Shown one piece after another: positions 53,193-62,221 of a stretch of DNA of 64,000 bases. The translations under genes were made by a program, and so were the position numbers. The stretch comes from Azolla caroliniana (taxonomy: Eukaryota > Plantae > Polypodiophyta), in the NCBI GenBank assembly GCA_043228905.1, contig JBHGNT010000018.1, forward strand, positions 1,054,001-1,118,000, written 5' to 3'. Position 1 is the stretch's first letter. Every line of letters begins with the position of its first letter. Under the pieces are notes generated by a model. The model ran no database searches. It saw only the letters and a list, made by a program, of their open reading frames with translations, and was not told the origin of the DNA.

Positions 53193-56100
53193 TGTAAGGA
53201 ATAGACCCTTCTATTCACCTTCTTCACTCTGCCACAACCGAGTAAGCGCGAATCGATGGAGCAGAAAATAGGAACCACACGGAGAAACAAAAAAACGCGA
53301 GTACACAGGGATTAACGTGGAAAACCCTAGACGGGAAAAACCACGGGAGTACAAGACTCCAAACCAACACTATACAGAGAAGTATACAATGGCGAGCTGC
53401 AAGGCGACGACCTTGAGCTCGCTGTCCTCGCCACAGGCGGCGGAAATACACAGAGGCGTCTACCTCTTCCTCTCTCGCGCTCTATCTCTCTCACGGCTGC
53501 TCTCTCTTCACTCCTCTAAAGTGGAAAAACAGAAAAAATGAGAAGCAACAGTAAAACTGTTTGCCCTAAGTCATATTTATACTTATATGACTTTGGGCTA
53601 TTTACAATTGTAGCCTCAGGGGCCCATAGCGAACATATTCACGGATATGTCCCTGCATCCGGATCGCTCTCCGGGTACATTCGTCATCCGGTACCGAAAC
53701 CGGGGTCTTTGTCATCCGGATCCGAAACCGAAACCGGGCTTGTCGGCATTCATCTCCGATATCCGACCATCCCATCCGAAGGGACCGTAATCCCAACAAA
53801 CTCCCCCTTCACTTCGGCATGGGATGTCTCTCCAATCCGATCCTCTTCCGGCATGCTTCCAGCTTGTCGGGTGTGAGCACCTTGGTCAACATATCCGACC
53901 CGTTCTCGTCCGTGTGGATCTTTGTCAGCACGAACTCCTTGTCTTCTATCCTTTCCCGGATCCAGTGATATCTTCGCTGGATGTGCTTCGTCCGGGAGTG
54001 ATAGGCCGCGTTCTTCGCAAGGTGGATTGCACTCTGACTGTCGCAGTAGAGTCGGTACTCCTCCTGTTGGATACCGAGCTCTCTAATGAAGTCCTTCATC
54101 CATATTATTTCCTTGCCGGCTTCAACAGCCGCCATGTACTCCGCCTCCGTGGTTGACAACGCAACCGTCTTCTGCAGCCTCGACTGCCAGGAAACAGCTC
54201 CCCCTGCATACGTCATCACATACCCTGATGTGGACCGGCTGGTATCTGCATCAGCCGACATATCCGAATCGGTAAAGCCGTCGAGTTCGGGCTTTCCGGA
54301 GCCGAATCGGAGGCACACGTTTGCCGTGCCCTTCAGGTATCGGAGTATCCACTTGGCCGCGTTCCAATGCTCTTTGCCGGGATTGCTCATGTACCGGCTC
54401 ACCACTTCGACTGCATATCCGATGTCCGGTCTCGTACACACCATGGCGTACATCAAGCTCCCGACAGCTGAGGCATACGGTACTTTCATCATATCCTCCT
54501 TTTCAGCCTTTGTCTTGGGACTTTGCTTGCTGGACAGCTTGCAGTTTGTCGGGAGGGTCGATCCGACCGGTCTTGCTTCCGACATGTTGAACCGGTGAAG
54601 CACCTTCGTCACGTACTTCTCCTGTGACAGCCACAACTGCTTCTTCTTCCGGTCCCGGATGATGTGCATCCCTAGTATTTGCCTCGCCGGACCCAGGTCC
54701 TTCATTGAGAAGGTTCGGTGAAGAGCCTTCTTCAGCATCCGTATCTTGACCTGATCCCGTCCGACGATCAACATGTCGTCCACGTACAGGAGGAGTATTA
54801 GAGAGTCTCCTTCTTCGAACTTCTTCACAAACACGCAGTGGTCGGACTGCGTTTTGAGGTACCCTTCGTCGGTCATGAAGGAGTCGAACTTCCGGTACCA
54901 TTGCCGGGGAGCCTGCTTCAGTCCGTAAAGGCTCTTCTTCAACCGGCATACCAGGTGCTCCTTCCCTTTCTTCTCGAATCCTTCCGGTTGCTGCATGTAG
55001 ATCTCTTCTTCGAGGTCACCGTGAAGGAATGCCGTCTTCACGTCCATCTGTTCTACCTCGAGGTCCATGCTTGCCGCTATGCTCAGCACCGTTCGGATGG
55101 AGGTCATCTTCACTACCGGAGCAAATATCTCGTCGAAGTCGACGCCCTTCTTCTGCTGAAACCCCTTCACCACGATCCTGGCTTTGTATCTCGGGGGGTT
55201 TCCGGCATCTCCCGGTTTTAGCTTGAACACCCACTTGTTTCGAAGTGCCCGCTTTCCTTTCGGCAACTCCACAAGTTCATATGTGTGGTTCTCATGCAGG
55301 GAATCCATCTCGTCCTGCATGGCACTCAACCACCTGCGGCTCTGGGTGTCATGCTTTGCTTCTTCAAAGCTCTCCGGCTCCCCCTCGTCGGTTAGCAGCA
55401 CGTGCTCTGGTTCCGGAAATCTCCGGGGGGCCCTTCTCTCTCTTAGAGGATATCTCCGTTCCGGAGCTTCGGTAACCGGTTCTTCCGATTCTTCTTCATC
55501 CGAATCCATTTCGGGATCGGGGCCGGTTCCGGTATCATTTTCGTCTTCTTCGGCCGGTTCGGTTTCTTCACCGTCTTCGGCCGGATCCTCGAGTGCTAAC
55601 CGGTCCCTTGCCGGTCGGGACTGCTCCTCGTAGAGTTTATCCTCACCGGTTGACTTGGAGCTCTTCATCTTCTTCTCCGACTCCCAATCGGCGAGTGTCT
55701 TGTCCTCCATGAAGATGATGTCTCGACTCCTGAATATCTTCTTGTCAACCGGGTCCCATACTCGGTAGCCGAACTCGTCGTCGCCGTATCCGAGGAATAT
55801 GCATGGCCGGGTCTTTGGATCTAGCTTTCCTCTCCGGTCCTTTGCCACATGCACGTATGCGAGACACCCGAACACCTTCAGATGCCGGTAGGATACTTCC
55901 CTACCGGTCCACACTCTCTGCGGCGTGTCTCCGTCCAAAGGTACTGAGGGTGATCTGTTTATCACGTATGTCGCCGTCGACATCGCCTCAGCCCAAAAAC
56001 CCTTGGGTAATTCCGCCTGCGCCAGCATACTCCGGACCCTCTCCATTATGGTCCGGTTCATCCTCTCGGCCAGCCCGTTCAGTTCCGGCATCTTCGGCAC

Positions 56101-58518
56101 AGTAAACTCGAGTCGGATTCCCTTCGAGCGACAGTACTCCTGGAACTGCCCCCGGTATTCCCCTCCGTTATCCGCTCGTATCGCTTTCAGCTTCTTGCCG
56201 GATTCCCTTTCCACTCTCGCGTGGAGTTCTTTGAAGACGCACAACACTTGGTCCTTTGTCTTCATCGGTGCCGTCCACAGCTTCCGGCTGTGGTCATCAA
56301 TGAATGTCACGAAGTACTGGGCTCCGCCATGTGACTTCGTTTCTACTTGACACACATCAGTGTGTACCAACTCCAATGGTACACTACGTCTCTTCGGTGG
56401 CCTTGAGTGGAAGGAGGCTCGGTTCTGCTTACCGGCCAGGCAATCGGTGCACTTCTCCAGGTGCACGTGCTTCACTGGAATAAGGTTGTCTTCTGCAAGC
56501 CTCTTCATCCCCTTCTCACTCATGTGGCACAGTCTTTTGTGCCACAGCTCACCGGCAGTGTCGGCTGCCACATTCAGCTCTTCCGGACATAACCAGGCAT
56601 TCATCAGGTACAATGTGTTGACCTTCCGGGCCCGAGCCACTATCAAGCTCCCCTTGCTGAACTTCATGACACCGTTCCGGATGCTACCCGTGTAGCCTTC
56701 ATCATCTAGCCTCCCGGCCGAAATCAGGTTCAGTCGGACCTCCGGAACGTGTCGGACATTCTTCAGCAGCATTTTGCATCCGGTCGGGGTTGTCAACCAC
56801 ACGTCTCCTATGCCGGCAATCCGGCACGTACCTTCGTTTCCCATCCGAACACAGCCATGCTCGCCGGCTGTGTAGGATGAGAAGTATCTTCTCTCCGGGG
56901 TCAGGTGGAACGATGCTCCGGAATCGACCACCCAGGTCGTCTCATCGCCGACAATGTTTAGTTCACCTTCTTTGGTGATGAGCATGATCTCCTCTTCACT
57001 TGCCGCGAGTGCCGTCGTTCCTTTCCGGTCCTGTCCTCGCCGATCCGAACCATTTCGGTCCGTGGCTCCCCGGTATGCACCGTTTCTCTCCGGTGACTTC
57101 TTCGAATCGGTGTTGTCGGTTCCATTGTCCTTTCGGTAATGCCGACAATTCTTTCGGAAGTGCCCGGGCTTCCCACAGTGGAAGCATGTGGGCCTTCCTC
57201 TTGACTGCGACCGGGTCCCCGACTTCTCCCGTCTTTGCGGACTCCGGTTCCATTGTCTTCCCCGATCCGATTCGGTAAACAACATCTTCGGGTCGGAGGC
57301 CGGTTCCTTATCTCTCCGACGCGCTTCTTCATTCAAAATACTTGTCTTTACCGTTTGTAAGGACAAGTTATCTTCGGCGCAGGAGGTGCTGAGAGTTACC
57401 ACCAAGTTCTCCCAGCTTTCCGGCAATGTACACATCAGGATGATGGCTTGCATTGCATCCTCCAACGGGAACTTGATCGCCGCAAGCTGATTCACGAATC
57501 CCATGAACGTGCTTACGTGTTCCACCATACTCTCGCCATCCCGGTACTTGAGATTCACTATCTTCCTCATCAGGGAGGTTCGGTTCAACGCATTCTTCCT
57601 CTCATAGAGGCCCGACAGCTTCCGCCACATCTCATATGCGTTGGTGTCGTTCGCCACATGTTGTAGAACGCTCACGTCGACGTATTGCCGAATGGTTGCA
57701 ACGGCTTTCCGGTTCAGAAGCCTCCATTCCGACTCAAGTACCCCCTTCGGTATTTCCGACCTGTCAATCGGTTCGTACAGGTCCCGAACAATCAGAAGAT
57801 CCTCCATCTTGATCTTCCAGTCGGCGTAATTCTGTGCATTCAGCACCATCATCCCCGGCTGCCCGCTGCCGCCGCCTTCCATTTTCTGCAGCAGTTCGCT
57901 CTGATACCAGTTTGTAAGGAATAGACCCTTCTATTCACCTTCTTCACTCTGCCACAACCGAGTAAGCGCGAATCGATGGAGCAGAAAATAGGAACCACAC
58001 GGAGAAACAAAAAAACGCGAGTACACAGGGATTAACGTGGAAAACCCTAGACGGGAAAAACCACGGGAGTACAAGACTCCAAACCAACACTATACAGAGA
58101 AGTATACAATGGCGAGCTGCAAGGCGACGACCTTGAGCTCGCTGTCCTCGCCACAGGCGGCGGAAATACACAGAGGCGTCTACCTCTTCCTCTCTCGCGC
58201 TCTATCTCTCTCACGACTGCTCTCTCTTCACTCCTCTAAAGTGGAAAAACAGAAAAAATGAGAAGCAACAGTAAAACTGTTTGCCCTAAGTCATATTTAT
58301 ACTTATATGACTTTGGGCTATTTACAACTGTAGCCTCAGGGGCCCATAGCGAACATATTCACGGATATGTCCCTGCATCCGGATCGCTCTCCGGGTACAT
58401 TCGTCATCCGGTACCGAAACCGGGGTCTTCGTCATCCGGATCCGAAACCGAAACCGGGCTTGTCGGCATTCATCTCCGATATCCGACCATCCCATCCGAA
58501 GGGACCGTAATCCCAACA
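53193..58518 (-). mobile_element. Full-length young Ty1/Copia retrotransposon (Tnt1/Tto1-like), 5326 bp
   Basis: LTRs 53193-53798 and 57913-58518 (606 bp, TG..CA, 3 transitions); TSD ACTTC at 53188-53192 and 58519-58523; tRNA-iMet PBS TGGTATCAGAGC at 57909-57898; PPT AGTGAAGGGGGAG at 53813-53801. Confidence 0.98.
53809..57882 (-). CDS. Copia Gag-Pol polyprotein, 1357 aa, uninterrupted
   Basis: CFHCGKPGHFRKNC knuckle, WVVDSGASFH protease, LWHKRLCH..CTDC, VHTD/ADNGGEY/AERMNR integrase, QMDVKTAFLHG and YVDDML RT, FTDSD/TEAEY/CDSQ/DMLTK RNase H. Confidence 0.98.
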   Translation of the reverse strand: MEGGGSGQPGMMVLNAQNYADWKIKMEDLLIVRDLYEPIDRSEIPKGVLESEWRLLNRKAVATIRQYVDVSVLQHVANDTNAYEMWRKLSGLYERKNALNRTSLMRKIVNLKYRDGESMVEHVSTFMGFVNQLAAIKFPLEDAMQAIILMCTLPESWENLVVTLSTSCAEDNLSLQTVKTSILNEEARRRDKEPASDPKMLFTESDRGRQWNRSPQRREKSGTRSQSRGRPTCFHCGKPGHFRKNCRHYRKDNGTDNTDSKKSPERNGAYRGATDRNGSDRRGQDRKGTTALAASEEEIMLITKEGELNIVGDETTWVVDSGASFHLTPERRYFSSYTAGEHGCVRMGNEGTCRIAGIGDVWLTTPTGCKMLLKNVRHVPEVRLNLISAGRLDDEGYTGSIRNGVMKFSKGSLIVARARKVNTLYLMNAWLCPEELNVAADTAGELWHKRLCHMSEKGMKRLAEDNLIPVKHVHLEKCTDCLAGKQNRASFHSRPPKRRSVPLELVHTDVCQVETKSHGGAQYFVTFIDDHSRKLWTAPMKTKDQVLCVFKELHARVERESGKKLKAIRADNGGEYRGQFQEYCRSKGIRLEFTVPKMPELNGLAERMNRTIMERVRSMLAQAELPKGFWAEAMSTATYVINRSPSVPLDGDTPQRVWTGREVSYRHLKVFGCLAYVHVAKDRRGKLDPKTRPCIFLGYGDDEFGYRVWDPVDKKIFRSRDIIFMEDKTLADWESEKKMKSSKSTGEDKLYEEQSRPARDRLALEDPAEDGEETEPAEEDENDTGTGPDPEMDSDEEESEEPVTEAPERRYPLRERRAPRRFPEPEHVLLTDEGEPESFEEAKHDTQSRRWLSAMQDEMDSLHENHTYELVELPKGKRALRNKWVFKLKPGDAGNPPRYKARIVVKGFQQKKGVDFDEIFAPVVKMTSIRTVLSIAASMDLEVEQMDVKTAFLHGDLEEEIYMQQPEGFEKKGKEHLVCRLKKSLYGLKQAPRQWYRKFDSFMTDEGYLKTQSDHCVFVKKFEEGDSLILLLYVDDMLIVGRDQVKIRMLKKALHRTFSMKDLGPARQILGMHIIRDRKKKQLWLSQEKYVTKVLHRFNMSEARPVGSTLPTNCKLSSKQSPKTKAEKEDMMKVPYASAVGSLMYAMVCTRPDIGYAVEVVSRYMSNPGKEHWNAAKWILRYLKGTANVCLRFGSGKPELDGFTDSDMSADADTSRSTSGYVMTYAGGAVSWQSRLQKTVALSTTEAEYMAAVEAGKEIIWMKDFIRELGIQQEEYRLYCDSQSAIHLAKNAAYHSRTKHIQRRYHWIRERIEDKEFVLTKIHTDENGSDMLTKVLTPDKLEACRKRIGLERHPMPK

Positions 58519-58717
58519 ACTTCCTACCTACCGAATCTACCTACCTAGGATCTTCTATGTACAACATAAGGCGCACGTGCATGAAGAGCCGGTTCCTACG
58601 CTCCGGTGCACCGATTCCGCTTGTGGACGGTTTTCTTCACGACATCTGCCCCCACCTAACCGCGCATCCACCGGCATGCGCCAAATTGAGTTGGGACGGA
58701 GAAAACCGGTCCAGCCT

Positions 58718-61700
58718 TCATTCCCCGCCCGTCGGTTCTTCCTCGGTTTCGGATCGTTCGTCGTCGCGGTCCAGGTCAACCGGATTCGGCTCGTCGTCGT
58801 GACGCTTCTTGAACGCTTTGATCCGCTTCCCAGCTACCGGTATCGCCATTCTCGTGCCGTCGAGTTCCGCCAGATGGTACGTCTCGTTGTCGTTGGCGCT
58901 TTGTACCACGTAAGGCCCGAACCACCTTCTTGCGAACTTCCGTGTCGCTCGGTGCTGGTTGTCGAGGCTGCTGTCGTAGACTAGCACCCAGTCGCCTTCC
59001 TCGATCTTCTTCGGTCGGAGCCGGTGCGTCCGGTCGAACCGGGCTTTGTTCCTCGTCCTTGCCACCCGAAGCTTTTCCGTAACCTGCTCCACGTCCTCCG
59101 GTCTCCGCTCGAGCTGCCGTATGCGCGCCGTCAACAGTTCCTCCCGGCTCATCTCGTCTCTCCAGTCCACGGTTGCCCATGAGGAGATCGTACGTTCCAT
59201 CGGCATGATCGGCTTCTGCCCAAACATGAGCTCTGCCGGCATGAATCCGGTTACCGAACTGTGCGTAGTTCGGTCCGCCCACAACGCGTAAGGCAACAGC
59301 CGCGGCCAGTTCCCGACTTGACCCCCGCATGCCCGAACTAACGCCTTGACGATCGGTCCGTGTCCGCGCTCCACCTTCCCATTTGCCTCCGGATTGTATG
59401 CAGTGGTGAGCGAGAGCTTGACTCCTAGCCGGTCGAACAGCTCCTCGGCCTCTTCGGCGTCCAACTCCCCGCGATCAGCCACGATCTTCCCGACGCACCC
59501 GTACCGGCATATCACGTCCTCAATCAGGAACCGACATACGGCTGCAGTCGTTTTGTTCTAAAGGGCCCGGCCTTCCACCTGGTTCATTAGATCTTCCCGA
59601 GCCAGGACCAGGTACCGCATCTGTCCTACTCCCATCGGCATCGTCACCAGATCTACCATCCATTTGAAGTGGATGGTCGGAGGGTACGTAGGGTGAAGCT
59701 CGTCCCGATGTCGGACTATGGAGTGCATCTGACAGCTCTCGCAAGTTGTCACGAACCGATGCACGTCCCGGTACAGTCCCGGCCACCAGTACTTCCCCTT
59801 TATCTTCTCGAACGTGGCCCACGTTCCACGGTGACCAGCCCAAGGGCTGTCGTGGTAAGCCGTCAGCAGCTCCTCCTGTTCTTCCTTCATCGCCACCACC
59901 CGGAGCGGGACGCCGTTCCTCTTCTTCGGGTGCTTCCATAAGTATCCATCCCTGAGAAAGAATCGGTAAGCTTTCTTCCGGATCCGGTTGGCCTCGTCCT
60001 TCGTCCATGACGCATCCGGCGTCATTGTCCTCAAAAATCCACCGATCTGGAGCCACTCGCCATCGTACTTGCTCTCGTCGAAGTCGTTAAGTGCCGGAGT
60101 GCTCGTCCCATCGGTCGTCACATACGCCGCCTCGAAGAAGTCCACGCCGACTTCTTCGTCCTCCGAAACCATGCCACCCTCGTTATCAAACCTCGCCCTC
60201 GAAAGCATGTCGGCCATGGCGTTGTCCTTTCCGGAAATGTGTCGTATTTCCGGGTCCAGGGACTTGATGTACGCTATCCACCTGAGCATCGCCAGGTTCG
60301 GTGTCGCGCATCTGGAAACCATGCCGAGAATTGGCAGGCAATCCGTCTCGATAATCACTTCTGTCCCGATCAGGTAGTCTTTGTCGGCCTTTACTGCCGA
60401 AACGATACCCCAGAGTTCGCGTTTAACCTGGGCGTACCCTCGCTGTCGCTCACTGAGGACCTTCGCGCCGAATCGGATCAGGAACCGAATGCCGTCCTCG
60501 TCTTCTTGGTTGACGACCCATTCGATCACGGTCGGACTCGTATCCACCGTTATGTATACCGGGGTACCCTTCTCGTAGACAGCCTTCCGGAGCGCCGTTG
60601 CTGCCGCAAGAGCTTCCTTCAGTTTCCGGACTGACTCCGTGTGCTCGTCTTGCCACTCGAATTTTCGCCCCTTCTTCAGCAACCCGTATAGCGGCTCCGC
60701 AACGTGGGCGTAATGCGGGATCCATATGTGGTAGAATGCGCATGCCCCCAGGAACCTCCGAACTTCCGTAACCGAGCTACAGTCGGTCTTCATCGCGGAG
60801 ATGGCTTCTACCTTTGCCGGAGACGGCTTCAGGCCATATGGTCCACATAGGTGTCCGACCACCAGGATTTCTGATTGCCCGAAGGCCGATTTCTCCCCGG
60901 AGAAGGTGAGCCTCGCATCCTCTAGCCTTTGTAGCACCTTCTCGCAGTTGTCGATGTGTGTTGCCACGAATCGCCGGCATCCGTCCGGCCCGACTGTCTC
61001 GTCCTTCTCTTCCACCGGGCACCCCTTTATCGGGATGTCGTCCAGAAATGGCATGGTGATGTCCGAGATGCAATCCCTCAGTACCTTGTTCATTGCATTC
61101 ACCATGTGGGCCACCGAGTTGGTCCCTCCTTGTGGCAGGGTACACATTCGCACTAGGCCGAGGGGAATTCGCATCGTCGTAATGTCTCTGCTCTCCACGG
61201 CTAGCTGGAACTGGTCGTACCCCGAGTACAGATCACCGACCGAGTAAATCGACCTTCCGGCGAAGGCCTCCGCGAACTCGTCTATGGTCGGTCTGATTCC
61301 TGCGTTCCGAATGGTCACTCTGTTGACCGGCTGCAAGTCTTGAATGAAGCGCAATGTTCCGTTTTTCTTTGGTACGGTAAACCATCGGTTCGAGTATGGG
61401 GCACTCGACGGTTCGAGAATGCCCATATCGACTTTCTGCCTCAATAGCTCCATCAACTTCGGGATGTGAGCTCTCGGTACTGGAATCAGCTTGAGATTCC
61501 ACGACACATGCGGTACCGTGAATATCACCATCGGCTCCACGATTGTCGGGTCTACGCACCCGATCTCTTCCGGTGAGAATGCGAAGGCTTTCCCGTGCCT
61601 TCCGAGCATTCTCCGAAACCGGTCTTCCTCCGCCGGCAGTAGGAACCCGCCCCCACCGATTTTGAGCTCCCGGAGCGTCCCGTCGGTGAAGGTGTGTCCT

Positions 61701-62221
61701 ATGCAGACCGGATCTCGCAAACTGGGGTCCGACGCAACCCCTCTGATTCAGGACTCGCTGCCCTCCGGTAAGGGTGCTGCGACTGGCCTTACCTTCCGGT
61801 CCATAGTCTTGTACTTCGTGCAAACCCGGGCCGTCCGATCCGACCCGAGCCCCTGACTGAAGTTCGCGATGACTTCGTACATCTCTTCGGAACATACCGG
61901 TATCGTTTGGTCTTCGTTAAGGTCTTCTCCGGCTACCTCCCTCAACATTCCCAAGGTGTCGTCGAAGGAGACCGCCTCCACGGCTCCGCTGATTTCCTCG
62001 TCCGGGCCGAGAACTCCGCACGCTCGAAGTCGCACTTCCGCCCTTGTCTTTTCTCGGCCAACGATGCCGACTATCATACACCCTCCGTTGTTGGAGAAGC
62101 AAAATTTCCTACCTATCGTACAGGGTTCCTTCGGTTTCGGTTCTATTGTACAATCGTGGGGTCTTTCCCGAGTGTCCGGGCTGTCTCGGCCCCACGCCTT
62201 GGCAGCCCTCTCTAAAAATCC
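58718..62221 (-). pseudogene. Gypsy pol (RT-RNaseH-integrase) in the -1 frame relative to gag-PR, with premature stops at 61750-61748 (TGA) and 59560-59558 (TAG)
   Basis: ORFs 61748-62077, 59558-61720 and 58718-59515 share one frame; hand translation shows it stays open upstream of 62077 through the gag-PR stop. Confidence 0.88.
62168..62221 (-). promoter_or_regulatory. Candidate -1 programmed ribosomal frameshift signal (slippery heptamer plus pseudoknot)
   Basis: G GAU UUU (62221-62215) then UAG, 6-nt spacer, stem 1 GGGCUG (62208-62203)/CAGCCC (62183-62178), stem 2 CCGAG (62189-62185)/CUCGG (62172-62168). Confidence 0.75.
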
